Source: an uncultured Candidatus Bathyarchaeia archaeon (GTDB taxonomy: Archaea > Thermoproteota > Bathyarchaeia > 40CM-2-53-6 > DTDX01). Taken from it: a stretch of 64,000 nt of DNA. The stretch is taken from contig CAZSNM010000002.1 in NCBI GenBank assembly GCA_964608455.1, positions 16,493 through 80,492 of the forward strand. The letters are read 5' to 3'. This document shows, piece by piece, positions 27,624-38,553 of this stretch. Both the position numbers and the translations under genes were made by a program. Position 1 is the stretch's first letter; the number at the start of each line of letters is the position of its first letter. A model generated the notes under the pieces. The model saw nothing but the letters and a program-made list of their open reading frames with translations. It did not search any database and was not told where the DNA came from.

Positions 27624-30314
27624 TTAACCAGTTTTAACAATTAAGGTTTTTATTTCACTGGAAATAGATGAGCCTTCTTTGGTAACAAGCAAAGCTTTAA
27701 CATAGTATGTTCCAGGTTTTTCAGGTTTCCAGATAGTTTTAAAAATGTTTTGTGTAAGCGTACCTTTAGTTAAATTAAACCAGTTAACTTTATCTAAGCT
27801 ATATTGAATTGTAACGTTTCCTTGAGTTAATGAAGAAACTTCAATTTCAACATTTTCACCTAAATTTAATGAGGAGGGTGTTAATGAAAGATTTAATAGT
27901 AAAGAAGCATTGCTAACAGTTAAAGATAAAGTTTGACTAAAAGCTTTTGTATATTTTCCAGCTTCACCATCCCATCTGCTTCTAATAAGATAAACACCGC
28001 TTCCAGGAAGCCAACTGTAAACATAGGAGCCATTAATTGCTGTTATGCTTGTTCCAATATTTTCCCATGTTAAACCACCATCTTTTGAATATTCAAGAGT
28101 TACAAGTTTATTGTTTAATCCTTCACCCTTAGAAGTTAACCTTCCATAAAGGTTAACCGCCTCCCCATATAATATTTCAGATTTACTTAATGAAAGTGTT
28201 AATTCGCTTAGGGCAGGATAACTTACCTCGTAAATAAACACAAACCTATTTGGTTGAGAAGCATAAACAAGCTTAAAGTAATCTGAGGATGCTTGAGACG
28301 GATTTATTCCCATAACTATTAATTTTCCAAGCATAGTATTTTCGTTTATACCATTTCTATCAGCAATAGTTTCATTAGCTATAATTTGATTATTTAAAGT
28401 AATTACTCTATAATATTTAACTTCTTGTGCGCTTCTTTTTTCATAAAAATGAACTATTTTCCCATCATAAGAAGAACCGTTACCTATCCTAGCCATCCAA
28501 TACCATTTATTATCTTCACCAAAACCATAATATTGTATACCGCTTTGTCCCCTGGTCCATGTTACAAATATGGCTATATGAGTAACATTATAAGATTTTA
28601 AGGTTGGAATGGCTTCAGTTTCATTTGAAAGAAAAGTTCTAGCTATTAAAGCTATTTGAGTGAAGTTTAATGTTCCATTATCAGCCATTGAACGTTTATC
28701 AGCTATAGCCGTTATCCAATAACCATAATCCCACCATGAAAATACAACAGCATTCTTTGGTAAATTTTCTTTCATCCAAATTAAAGCTTGAAGCCAATCC
28801 TGATATTTAGATGCTTCCTCTCCAGAAGGAGCTGTTGGAATGCTTGAAGTAGCTATAGTAGTTGGAGCATAAGCTGAATTTGAAGCATAATATAAGGTTG
28901 GTGTAATAATAATTAAAAGAATAAGTAATATGGCCGCTCCAAATTCTCTTGCTACTCTAGATTCAAACTTAATTTTCTTTTTTGGAAAAATAATTTTTTC
29001 TTTTAAAATATCTAAAGATGGTTTAGCTAATTCAATTACACCTATGGCGCTTAAAAGAGATAAAGCTGGGGCCAGTATAATAGTTAATCTAACAAATGAA
29101 CCTGCAAAATAAATTGATGATAAACCAAAAAGAATAAGAAATAAATCGTTATTTCTTCTTTTTTGAAGGGAAAAGAGAAATCCAAAAAGACCTAAAATAA
29201 TTAATGCTCCAAATTCATAAAAGAAGGATGACCATGTACCTGGTCTATGCTCAGCTACAGATTCAACCAATGGCATTTCAAGCCTAACTAAAGGATTAAC
29301 TATAGCTGCAAATTTTCCTGCTAAAGGACCAATTAAACCTTTACTCCATAAAATTACTGTTCCTCCGACCAAAATAATTGCAAAAGCTAAAGCTGCTAAA
29401 ATTTTACCTCTAAAGGAAGAAGCCCTTTCAAAAACTTCGCAACCAATTAAAATAATAAAAATCAAAAATAAAGCTAAAGTTGACCATTCAGAAATAAAAC
29501 TATAACCTAACTTTGGAATTTGAAGAGAAATCAAAAAGAATATGCTATATGTTATCGAATAAACAATTAACAATCTAGTTGAATAACGCTTAAGTAAAAC
29601 TAGCACTAAAGTGAATAAAGCAATTAATGAAGCTGGATACCTAAAGGCGCCCCAACCCATTCCAATGTAACCTAAAGATAAACCAGCTAATAATGCATAA
29701 ATAATGCTTGCTCTAAGAGATCTAGAGTTTGATAATGCTTTTAAATAGAACATAAAGAATAAAAGCATAGTAAATATTCCAATAGTTTCATCATCAAAAA
29801 ATCCTAATGAAGTTCGAGTAATATGAGAAGTGTTAAAAGCTAAAAATAAAGCTGAAAGTAAACCTATGCTTTTACCCCATTCTCTTCCCAAAAGGTATGC
29901 AGCTAAACATGTTGCAACACCCATAATTATTGGAAATATTACACAAAGTTGATAAAGTGTTATTGAAACTCCTAAATCTTGAAGAAGCATATAGAGAAGC
30001 GCAGCTGTAAATGATACACCAGGGTAATTTGTAGTTGAAATATCTCTACCCCAAGGATACCAACTCATGTTATCATGCCAACTAAACCAGGCTTTAAAAC
30101 CATTATTTACTATATATTCAGCCATTCTATATTGTTGATATGGATCAAATTCAGAAATGAAAAAACCCCATCTTAACGGTAAAAGCCTAATAATTGCAGC
30201 TAAGGCTAAAATTAAGAGGAGAGTTGCAAAATGCAAGCAGCTGCTTCCAGAAATCTTTAAAGAAGCTAAAAAATCTTTAATTTTAGGTAGGAAAGAATTT
30301 GAATTTGTTTTCAT
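27624..30314 (-). CDS. aglB: Archaeal oligosaccharyltransferase AglB (STT3 family, long form)
   Basis: 13 TM N-terminal domain, WWDYGYWI motif, beta-rich C-terminal extension. Confidence 0.9.
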   Translation of the reverse strand: MKTNSNSFLPKIKDFLASLKISGSSCLHFATLLLILALAAIIRLLPLRWGFFISEFDPYQQYRMAEYIVNNGFKAWFSWHDNMSWYPWGRDISTTNYPGVSFTAALLYMLLQDLGVSITLYQLCVIFPIIMGVATCLAAYLLGREWGKSIGLLSALFLAFNTSHITRTSLGFFDDETIGIFTMLLFFMFYLKALSNSRSLRASIIYALLAGLSLGYIGMGWGAFRYPASLIALFTLVLVLLKRYSTRLLIVYSITYSIFFLISLQIPKLGYSFISEWSTLALFLIFIILIGCEVFERASSFRGKILAALAFAIILVGGTVILWSKGLIGPLAGKFAAIVNPLVRLEMPLVESVAEHRPGTWSSFFYEFGALIILGLFGFLFSLQKRRNNDLFLILFGLSSIYFAGSFVRLTIILAPALSLLSAIGVIELAKPSLDILKEKIIFPKKKIKFESRVAREFGAAILLILLIIITPTLYYASNSAYAPTTIATSSIPTAPSGEEASKYQDWLQALIWMKENLPKNAVVFSWWDYGYWITAIADKRSMADNGTLNFTQIALIARTFLSNETEAIPTLKSYNVTHIAIFVTWTRGQSGIQYYGFGEDNKWYWMARIGNGSSYDGKIVHFYEKRSAQEVKYYRVITLNNQIIANETIADRNGINENTMLGKLIVMGINPSQASSDYFKLVYASQPNRFVFIYEVSYPALSELTLSLSKSEILYGEAVNLYGRLTSKGEGLNNKLVTLEYSKDGGLTWENIGTSITAINGSYVYSWLPGSGVYLIRSRWDGEAGKYTKAFSQTLSLTVSNASLLLNLSLTPSSLNLGENVEIEVSSLTQGNVTIQYSLDKVNWFNLTKGTLTQNIFKTIWKPEKPGTYYVKALLVTKEGSSISSEIKTLIVKTG

Positions 30315-30531
30315 TAAGCATCCCTTAATTCTTCTTTTAGCCTTAAGCTAAAGATAAAAATTTTATCTAATTAATAAATCTTCGCTTAGCTTATAAAGAA
30401 AAATTTAATAAAGAGGTTAAAAAGGTTTACAATTTGCAGCTAAATTAAAGTTTAAAAATAAAATCTAAAACCTATTTGTTTAATCCTTAAATTAATTAAA
30501 TTATGCATTAAAGATGCAAGGTAGATGAAGA

Positions 30532-33500
30532 TTGAACCAGAAAATTGTGGGAAAAATCGATAAAGTTTTTTCTCCTAAAGAATATGAAGAAAAAATTCTT
30601 GATTGGTGGAATAAAGAAAAAATCTATATAAAGGTTAAAAGAGCGGGTGGAAGGAAAAAATTTTATTTTTTAGATGGTCCCCCATACGTAACTAATCCTC
30701 CTCATGTAGGTACAGCTTGGAATAAAATATTGAAAGATGTTATAATCAGATTTAAGAGAATGCAAGGTTTTAAAGTTAGGGATCAACCTGGATATGATTG
30801 TCATGGATTACCTATAGAGGTTAAGGTAGAGGAGGAACTTGGAATAAAAACCAAAAAAGAAATAGAAGAGAAGGTTTCTGTTCAAGCGTTTATTAAAAGA
30901 TGCAAGGAATATGCTGAGGAAAACGCTAAAATTCAAACAGAAGTGTTTAAAAATTTAGGTGTATGGATGGATTGGGAAAAACCTTACTTAACTTTAAAAA
31001 ACGATTATATAGAGTCTGTATGGTGGACTGTAAAAAAAGCTTATGAAAAAAATTTACTTACAAAAGGTTTAAAGGTGGTTCATTGGTGTCCAAGATGCGA
31101 AACAGCTTTATCAGGATATGAAGTTACTGATGAGTATAGAAATGTTAAAGATTACTCAATTTATGTTAAATTTCAAGTAGAAAATGAAAAAAACAAATTT
31201 ATTCTTATTTGGACAACAACTCCCTGGACACTTCCAGCAAATGTTGCAGTAATGGTTCATCCTAAAGAATATTATGTTGAAGCTGAAGCTGATAATGAAG
31301 TATATATTTTGGCTGAAGCTAGATGTGAAGCAGTATTTAATGAAGTGGGGAAAAACTTCAAAATTATTAAGAAAATTAAGGGAGAGGAATTGCTTGGTTT
31401 AAAATATAAGCCTCCGCTTCTTGAAGAGGTGCCTCTTCAAACTCAAATTAAAAATGCACATAAAATTGTTCTTTCAGAAAAATATGTAAGCATGAATGAA
31501 GGAACAGGATGCGTTCATTGTGCTCCAGCTCATGGAGAAGAGGACTTTGAAGTTGGTTTAGGATATAATTTGCCTATAGTGTCTCCAGTTGACACTTCTG
31601 GAAGATTTACTCAAGAAGCTGGGAAATATGCTGGAAAATATGTTAAGGAAGCAGATCAATTAATTATTGACGATTTAAAAAATAAAAATTTGCTTTTTTA
31701 TGCCACTACAATAGAGCATTCTTATCCTCATTGTTGGCGTTGCAAAACACCTTTAATTCTTAGAGCTACAGAGCAATGGTTTATTAAGGTTTCTGAATAT
31801 AAGAATAAACTTGTTGAAGAAAATGAAAGTGTTACTTGGGTTCCAGAGTGGGCTGGAAAAAAAAGATTTAAAGATTGGCTTCTTGGAGCTAGAGATTGGG
31901 TGATTTCCAGACAACGATTTTGGGGTATACCAATCCCAATTTGGGTTTGTGAAAAATGCGGTAGAGAGGAGGTTATAGGTTCAATAGCTGAGCTTAAATC
32001 TAAGGCTTTAAACTTTCCAAGAAAAATTGATTTGCATAGAGATTGCGTGGATGAAATATATTTACAATGTAGCTGCAATGGTAAAATGAAGAGGATTTCT
32101 GATATATTGGATGTTTGGATGGATTCTGGAGCGGCGTCTTGGGCTAGTTTAAATTATCCAAAAAAAGAGGATGAATTTAAAAAATGGTGGCCTGCTGACG
32201 TTGTTATTGAAGCTCATGATCAAACAAGAGGTTGGTTTTATACACAACTTTGCGCTGGAATTCTAGCTTTTAATAAAAGTCCATATAAAACAGTTTTAAT
32301 GCATGGTCATGCTTTAGATGCTTCTGGACAAAAAATGAGTAAATCGCTTGGAAACTTTATTTCACCAGAAGATGTAATAGCCAAATATGGTCGAGATGCT
32401 TTAAGATTATATGAGTTACAAAATACAACTTGGGAAGATTTTAGATTTTCTTGGAATGAAGTGGAGGAATGCTGGAGAAACCTCCATATAATATGGAATG
32501 TATATGCTTTTGCAAGTATTTACATGAATCTTGATAAGTTTCAACCTAATAAATGGCCTATAAAAAAGCTTTATAAACATATGAGAAATGAAGATAAATG
32601 GTTAATATCTAGAACTGAAAGTTTAAAAGCTAAAGTAACAGAGTTTCTTGAAAAATTTGAAGTTCATTCAGCTATTAGAGAACTTATAAGTTATGCCATA
32701 GAAGATTTAAGTCGATGGTACATTAAACTTGTTAGAAGAAGATTTTGGCAGGAAAAAGAAAGTTTAGATAAGTTAGCAACATACTCAACTTTATATTATG
32801 CCTTAAAAACTTGGTTAATTTTATCTGCACCCTTTTTACCCTTTACTTCAGAAAAATTGTATAGGGATATGATGTTTCCGACAGAAGAAAAAAAACTTAG
32901 CATACATATGTATAAATGGCCTAAAGTCGAAGAAAAGTTAATCAATAAAGATTATGAGAAACAAATGGAGTTAGTTAAAAAAGTTATAGAAGCAGCTTTA
33001 AGCGCTAGGCAATCATTAAAAATAAAGTTAAGGCAACCTGTAAAAAAAGTAATGATTGTTACTGGAAATTTAGATGTAAAAAACAGTTTATCAAATTTTA
33101 AGGATATTATTATGGATCAAATAAATGCTAAAACAATAGAGTTTATATCTTTAGATGAAGAAGAAAAATTAAAAAAGATTTTTGCAATTCCAAAACTAGA
33201 TGTTTTAGGACCAATATTTAAATCTAAAACTGCTCAAGTAGCTGAAAAAATAAAAAGTGAAGATGGATGGAAAATTTTAAAAAGCTTTAAAGAAAAAAAC
33301 TTTTTTGAGCTTTTATTAAATGAAGAAAAAATAAAAATTACTCCTGAAATGGTTTTCTTTAAAGAAGAAATGCTTGAAGGATTTGGCTTTGGCGAATTTG
33401 ATGAGGGAAGAGTCTATGTTGATGGAAAATTAACTGAAGAATTAATTCTAGAAGGTTTCGCTAGAGACATAGTTAGAAGAATTCAAGAAATGAGGGGAGA

Positions 33501-33720
33501 AATAGATCTTCCAGTAGACGCTTTTATCTCAGTTTATATTAAATGCCCAAGTAATAAAGAAGAGGAATGGATTAAAGCCCAAAAAGAATATATTAAAGAT
33601 GAAGTTAGAGCAAAAGAAGTATTTTTTGAAATTTCTAAAGAAGAAAAATTTGATCTTAAAAAGCAATGGGTTATTGATGAGAAAAAATTTGAAATAGCAA
33701 TAAAAATGGAGAATTTTTAA
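30532..33720 (+). CDS. ileS: Isoleucine--tRNA ligase
   Basis: 1062 aa, HVGTAWN (HIGH-type) and KMSKS motifs, CP1 editing domain, zinc-binding C-terminus; TTG start. Confidence 0.95.
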   Translation: MNQKIVGKIDKVFSPKEYEEKILDWWNKEKIYIKVKRAGGRKKFYFLDGPPYVTNPPHVGTAWNKILKDVIIRFKRMQGFKVRDQPGYDCHGLPIEVKVEEELGIKTKKEIEEKVSVQAFIKRCKEYAEENAKIQTEVFKNLGVWMDWEKPYLTLKNDYIESVWWTVKKAYEKNLLTKGLKVVHWCPRCETALSGYEVTDEYRNVKDYSIYVKFQVENEKNKFILIWTTTPWTLPANVAVMVHPKEYYVEAEADNEVYILAEARCEAVFNEVGKNFKIIKKIKGEELLGLKYKPPLLEEVPLQTQIKNAHKIVLSEKYVSMNEGTGCVHCAPAHGEEDFEVGLGYNLPIVSPVDTSGRFTQEAGKYAGKYVKEADQLIIDDLKNKNLLFYATTIEHSYPHCWRCKTPLILRATEQWFIKVSEYKNKLVEENESVTWVPEWAGKKRFKDWLLGARDWVISRQRFWGIPIPIWVCEKCGREEVIGSIAELKSKALNFPRKIDLHRDCVDEIYLQCSCNGKMKRISDILDVWMDSGAASWASLNYPKKEDEFKKWWPADVVIEAHDQTRGWFYTQLCAGILAFNKSPYKTVLMHGHALDASGQKMSKSLGNFISPEDVIAKYGRDALRLYELQNTTWEDFRFSWNEVEECWRNLHIIWNVYAFASIYMNLDKFQPNKWPIKKLYKHMRNEDKWLISRTESLKAKVTEFLEKFEVHSAIRELISYAIEDLSRWYIKLVRRRFWQEKESLDKLATYSTLYYALKTWLILSAPFLPFTSEKLYRDMMFPTEEKKLSIHMYKWPKVEEKLINKDYEKQMELVKKVIEAALSARQSLKIKLRQPVKKVMIVTGNLDVKNSLSNFKDIIMDQINAKTIEFISLDEEEKLKKIFAIPKLDVLGPIFKSKTAQVAEKIKSEDGWKILKSFKEKNFFELLLNEEKIKITPEMVFFKEEMLEGFGFGEFDEGRVYVDGKLTEELILEGFARDIVRRIQEMRGEIDLPVDAFISVYIKCPSNKEEEWIKAQKEYIKDEVRAKEVFFEISKEEKFDLKKQWVIDEKKFEIAIKMENF

Positions 33721-34844
33721 TGAAGCGGTTAGGTTTTATAGTAAATCCTATAGCTGGGATAGGTGGTGCTGTAGGATTAAAAGGTTCTGATGGAAAAGAA
33801 ATTGTTAATAAAGCATTTTCTCTTGGAGCTAAACTGGTTTCACCAGAAAAAGCAAAAATATTTTTGCAAGAATTAAAAAAACTTAATTGTGAATTTGAGC
33901 TTTATGTAGGAGCAGGATTAATGGGAGAAAAAGAAGCTAAAGAATGCGGTTTAACACCAAATCTTATTTTAGGCAAAGAAAAAAATGAAACAACAGCTGA
34001 AGACACCAAAGAAATAGCATTAGAAATGATGAATAAAAATGTTGATCTTTTAGTTTTCTGCGGTGGAGATGGAACAGCAAGAGATATTATGAATGCTGTA
34101 GATTTAAAAATTCCAGTTTTAGGAGTCCCTTCAGGAGTAAAAATGCATTCAGGTGTTTTTGCTACAAACCCTAAAGCTGGAGCTAAAATAGTTAAAGATT
34201 TTTTTAATAATCAATTATCATTAATTGAATGCGAAGTTATGGATATTGATGAAGAAGCTTTTAGGCAAGGAAGAGTTTCAGCTAAACTTTATGGATATTT
34301 AAAGGTTCCTTCAGAAAAACTTCTTATTCAACAAGTTAAATCTTCTGTTCCATTGATTGAAAACGAAAAAGAAAATAGAGAAGCAATAGCAAAATATTTA
34401 ATTGAAGAAATGGAGGAGGATTGCATTTATATAGTTGGTCCAGGTTCAACAACAAAAACAATATTTGACTTACTTAATCTTGAAAAAACTCTTTTAGGTG
34501 TAGATATTTTATTTAGAAAAAAAATTATCGTTAAAGATGCGAATGAAAAAGAAATATTAAAAATATTGAATGAAGATGAAAAAACTAAGGCTAAAATAAT
34601 TGTTACACCAATCGGAGGACAAGGTTATATATTTGGTAGAGGAAACCAACAAATTAGCCCAAATGTAATAAGAAAAGTTGGAAAAGAAAACATAATTGTT
34701 ATAGCTACTAAAAATAAACTTCAAACTTTAAATCCTAAAAGACTTCTTGTTGATACTGGAGATCCAGAATTAGATGAAGAATTAAAAGGTTACATCAAGG
34801 TGGTAACGGATTATAAAGAAGAAACAATAGTTAAGGTTGAATAA
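33720..34844 (+). CDS. ATP-NAD kinase family protein (COG3199-type)
   Basis: FCGGDGTARD motif; start ATG overlaps the ileS stop (TAATG). Confidence 0.7.
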   Translation: MKRLGFIVNPIAGIGGAVGLKGSDGKEIVNKAFSLGAKLVSPEKAKIFLQELKKLNCEFELYVGAGLMGEKEAKECGLTPNLILGKEKNETTAEDTKEIALEMMNKNVDLLVFCGGDGTARDIMNAVDLKIPVLGVPSGVKMHSGVFATNPKAGAKIVKDFFNNQLSLIECEVMDIDEEAFRQGRVSAKLYGYLKVPSEKLLIQQVKSSVPLIENEKENREAIAKYLIEEMEEDCIYIVGPGSTTKTIFDLLNLEKTLLGVDILFRKKIIVKDANEKEILKILNEDEKTKAKIIVTPIGGQGYIFGRGNQQISPNVIRKVGKENIIVIATKNKLQTLNPKRLLVDTGDPELDEELKGYIKVVTDYKEETIVKVE

Positions 34845-34864
34845 AAAATAAGGGAAGAGTGGGT

Positions 34865-35278
34865 CTATTCTTTTTCAACAATAGATTTTAAAAATTCAAC
34901 ATAGCTTTTAGCATCCATTAAGTTTTTAAGTTCTTCTTGAAGATTTGAAGGTTTAATTACAGCTATCCAACCATCACCATAGGGACTTTCATTAAGAAGC
35001 TCAGGGTTATTTTCAAGTTTGGTGTTCACTTCAATAATTTCTCCAGAGATTGGCGAAAAAATTTCAGCCACTGCCTTAACTGATTCAACACTTCCTATAC
35101 TTTGCATTTGAGCTGCTTTAGAGCCTACTTTAGGTAAATCTACGAAAACAATTTCATGAAGAGATTTTTGGGCATAATCACAAATTCCAATTCTGCATAA
35201 ATCGCCTTCAATTTTAAGCCATTCATGCTCTTTAGTATAATACAAACCTTCAACAACTTCATATTCTCCAACTTTCAT
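34865..35278 (-). CDS. gcvH: Glycine cleavage system H protein
   Basis: Lipoyl-lysine motif SVESVKAV and the overall GcvH fold sequence. Confidence 0.9.
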   Translation of the reverse strand: MKVGEYEVVEGLYYTKEHEWLKIEGDLCRIGICDYAQKSLHEIVFVDLPKVGSKAAQMQSIGSVESVKAVAEIFSPISGEIIEVNTKLENNPELLNESPYGDGWIAVIKPSNLQEELKNLMDAKSYVEFLKSIVEKE

Positions 35279-35330
35279 TTTTAATTCATCTCCTTAAATT
35301 TTTCAATTTCATTAGTTAGTTTTACCTTAT

Positions 35331-36458
35331 TTACTTTTCTCTTTTCCATCCATATTTAGTTGTATCATAAAATGGTATATTAACCACTTCAGCATCAACA
35401 AGCCTATCTCTAATTTTTATTTGCAAAATTTCTCCTATATTAGAGTATTCAATAGGCACGTAACCCATTGCTATTCCAATATTCAATATTGGCGATAAGG
35501 TTCCGCTGGTAACTTTTCCTATAACTTGATGATTTTTTAAAATTTCATATCCATGCCTTGGAATGCCTTTATCCTTAAGTTTTAACCCTATTCTGCATTT
35601 TTTTATGCCTTCAGCTTTCTGTTTTTCTAAAGCTTTTCTCCCTATAAAATCGCTTTTTTTATTTAATTTTACCACCCAAGAAATTTTAGCTTCAAAAGGT
35701 GTTGTTAATTCATCAATATCGTTTCCATAAAGACACATGCCAGCTTCAAGTCTTAAAACATCTCTAGCACCCAAACCACAAGGTTCCAAACCAAGTTTTT
35801 TACCAGCATCCAAAAGAGAGTTCCAAACTTTAAAAGCATTTTGAGGTTTTTCAATTGAGGCATTTAATACAAAAATTTCAAAACCATCTTCACCTGTATA
35901 ACCTGTTCCTGAAGCTAAGCATTTAACACCATTTAAGGTTAATTCCCCAATACCAAATCTAGGAATATCATAAACATTTTCCTTAGCTATTTTTTGAACA
36001 ATTTCTCTAGCCTTAGGTCCTTGAATAGCAAACATCGCTATTTCATCAGAAACATGATCAATTTTAACTTTAAACTTTTCTGCTTGTTTATACATCCATG
36101 CTAAATCTTTGCTTCTATTGCTAGCATTAAAAACCATTAAAAACTTATCTTTTAATCTAAGCAAAATTAAATCATCAATTATGCCACCTTGCTCATTACA
36201 CATAACTGAATAATGACCCATTCCAGGTTTAAGCATTGAAACATCATTTGGAGTTAAATAATTTAAAAAAGCTTCATCTTCTTCGCCATAAATAAAAGCT
36301 CTTCCCATATGAGATACATCAAAGATTCCTGCAGCGTTTCTAACAGCTAAACATTCTTCAATTATTCCCTTATACCAAACAGGCATTTCGAAACCAGCAA
36401 ACTCAATTAATTTTCCATTCTCTTTATGAAAATCATAGATTTGGGTTTTATTAACCAT
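35331..36458 (-). CDS. gcvT: Glycine cleavage system T protein (aminomethyltransferase)
   Basis: Aligns from MVNKTQIYDFH with bacterial/archaeal GcvT N-termini; GAGG SD 8 nt upstream; the track start 36512 is an upstream extension. Confidence 0.9.
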   Translation of the reverse strand: MVNKTQIYDFHKENGKLIEFAGFEMPVWYKGIIEECLAVRNAAGIFDVSHMGRAFIYGEEDEAFLNYLTPNDVSMLKPGMGHYSVMCNEQGGIIDDLILLRLKDKFLMVFNASNRSKDLAWMYKQAEKFKVKIDHVSDEIAMFAIQGPKAREIVQKIAKENVYDIPRFGIGELTLNGVKCLASGTGYTGEDGFEIFVLNASIEKPQNAFKVWNSLLDAGKKLGLEPCGLGARDVLRLEAGMCLYGNDIDELTTPFEAKISWVVKLNKKSDFIGRKALEKQKAEGIKKCRIGLKLKDKGIPRHGYEILKNHQVIGKVTSGTLSPILNIGIAMGYVPIEYSNIGEILQIKIRDRLVDAEVVNIPFYDTTKYGWKREK

Positions 36459-36468
36459 TTTAAACGCC

Positions 36469-36639
36469 TCATTCATTTTCAATAGGATGGATCTCAATAT
36501 TACTATAATCAAGATTTAAAGTTTTCCCACATTTAGGACAAATCCCATTATAACGCTGAATTACCTCTATAGGAGGTTCAAGTTCTTCACCTTCATAAAG
36601 AATAGCTCCGCATTTACCGCAAAAAATTTTTTGAGGCAA
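36469..36639 (-). CDS. Small zinc-ribbon protein (56 aa, 2x CxxC); absent from the ORF track
   Basis: TTG start 7 nt after GGAGGAG; CGKC...CPKC; its TGA stop overlaps the gcvT SD (TGAGG). Confidence 0.5.
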   Translation of the reverse strand: MPQKIFCGKCGAILYEGEELEPPIEVIQRYNGICPKCGKTLNLDYSNIEIHPIENE

Positions 36640-36803
36640 AAAGTTCTCCTCCCCTTTAAATTACTAGAAATTATAAAAAGAATAAGATAGGTAATAAACT
36701 TTTATAAGTTTAAATATGTTCCTTTAGCCCTTATATTTATTACTAAAAGAGTCTTTTAATCTTCAAATTAAAAAGAATAAATAAAGAAGGGTGGTGTAAT
36801 TAA

Positions 36804-37226
36804 TTGAGACAAAAAATTTTATGGAAAATAAGGCTTAAAACCAAAGATTTAATTTATGCAATTAAAAAAATGGAGAAGCCTAAAGCTTCAATAGCAACAT
36901 TATTTATTGCAGTTCTTATCTTTTCAATATTTATTTTTTCCGGTGGAGTTTTTGCAGCCTTAGAAAAACCGTTAGCTTTGTTACCTTCTTCAACAGGTTG
37001 GACATTTATTTATAGAGGTAATATTAATGTTCAAACTTTAAGCGAAAGCTTGGTTTCAGCCTTTCTATATTTAATAGGAGTTTTAGGTTTATATTTGCTT
37101 TATAGAAGCATAAAAACAGCTTATAGACCTAGAGAAGCTTACATTATGCTTATCATAGGGTTTACAATAACAATAATTTCTGTTTATTATCTAATTGTTT
37201 TATTGCAGCAAAAAATTTCTGGATGA
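36804..37226 (+). CDS. Hypothetical membrane protein
   Basis: Three hydrophobic helices; start uncertain (TTG at 36804 or ATG MEKPK at 36870). Confidence 0.4.
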   Translation: MRQKILWKIRLKTKDLIYAIKKMEKPKASIATLFIAVLIFSIFIFSGGVFAALEKPLALLPSSTGWTFIYRGNINVQTLSESLVSAFLYLIGVLGLYLLYRSIKTAYRPREAYIMLIIGFTITIISVYYLIVLLQQKISG

Positions 37227-37232
37227 ACTTTT

Positions 37233-37742
37233 TTACCACCAAAATTTCTTTAATTTTAATAAATAAGCTATACTATTAGTAAATAAATGAAGAAGTGGGG
37301 TGAACAAAAAAATAAAAAATAATACATTTAAATTTAACTTTGAAAATGGATAAGAAATTATTAATGCTCCATAAACAAAATCTAGTTGATCCATAAATGG
37401 AAGGGGAAAGCCAGGAGCTAAAACCAACCTTCTTTTAATAAAAGCCCCAAAAAGATCCCCTAATAAAGCGCCTAAACTACCTAAAACACCTATCAAAAAA
37501 AGATTAAAATTTTTATTTAAAATTAAGCTTTCAATCATCGCTATTGATGAACCACATAAAAAACCTCCAATAAAACCTTCAATGGTTTTATTAGCTCCAA
37601 AAACTCTTTTTCCATCAAAAAAATTCTTGTTAAAATCTATGGGTCTTTTTCCATGAAAAATTACTGCGCTAGCATTTGCTATATAAGCTGGTAAAATAAA
37701 TATTAAAGCTGAAAAGAAAGCTTCATTTATTTTAAACAGCAT
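37233..37742 (-). CDS. carS: CDP-archaeol synthase CarS
   Basis: About 170 aa multi-TM protein with DGKRVFGANKTIEGFIGG motif typical of CarS. Confidence 0.8.
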   Translation of the reverse strand: MLFKINEAFFSALIFILPAYIANASAVIFHGKRPIDFNKNFFDGKRVFGANKTIEGFIGGFLCGSSIAMIESLILNKNFNLFLIGVLGSLGALLGDLFGAFIKRRLVLAPGFPLPFMDQLDFVYGALIISYPFSKLNLNVLFFIFLFTPLLHLFTNSIAYLLKLKKFWW

Positions 37743-38421
37743 TTATTAATCCCTCTTTTGCAAGTTTTAATTTACATTTAAGATTGAAGGCTTCCTTAAA
37801 GTTTAATCGTTCAACAATGGCTTCCTTAAAGTTTCCCTTAAGATTTCTTAATTTAATTATTGTTCCGCACCAATGAAAAAGAGTTCGTTTAGCTATAGGT
37901 TCTATATCAGCATAATTTAATAAGCTATGAACTTGACTTGTTAAAAGCACTGCTAAATTATGCTTTTTAGCTAATTCAGCTAAATAAGCTAATTGTCTAT
38001 TTAAAGCTCTATTTAAAGCAAAACGCTCCTCTAAAGTTGAGGATTCTAATCTATAAAGTGTTGTAATAGAATCAACAACAATTAATACAACTGATTTAGA
38101 TATATAACTTTCTAAATTTTCTATTATTTGAGTTTGCTCAAAAAAAGTTTTTGGAGAAAAAACAAAAATAATAGATGAAATTTCATTTGCATTTAAACCT
38201 GCTATTTGAATAAATCGTTGAGGAGTAAAAGAGCAGTCAACATCTATATAAAGTGTTTTTAATGAGTTTTTAGCAGCTTCAACAGCTGTTTGAAGAATTA
38301 AGGTGGTTTTTCCTGTAGAAGCTTCTCCATAAATTAAAGTTAACTCTTCTAAGGCTAAACCACCATTTAACAATTTATCAAGGCAAGAAGATTTTGTAGA
38401 AAGAAATTTAGGCTTTAACAT
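37732..38421 (-). CDS. radB: RecA-superfamily ATPase RadB
   Basis: About 229 aa, Walker A GEASTGKTT, no N-terminal HhH domain (RadB-like rather than RadA). Confidence 0.8.
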   Translation of the reverse strand: MLKPKFLSTKSSCLDKLLNGGLALEELTLIYGEASTGKTTLILQTAVEAAKNSLKTLYIDVDCSFTPQRFIQIAGLNANEISSIIFVFSPKTFFEQTQIIENLESYISKSVVLIVVDSITTLYRLESSTLEERFALNRALNRQLAYLAELAKKHNLAVLLTSQVHSLLNYADIEPIAKRTLFHWCGTIIKLRNLKGNFKEAIVERLNFKEAFNLKCKLKLAKEGLINAV

Positions 38422-38553
38422 TATTCACCTATTTTATTTGTTTCCTCTAAATCTTAATTGATGAAGAAGCTAAAATCTTTTTTAAGGTTAAATAAATAAT
38501 TATTTTTAAGCATTCACCAATTTTAAAAAACTGTTTTAAGTTGGAAGATAAAA

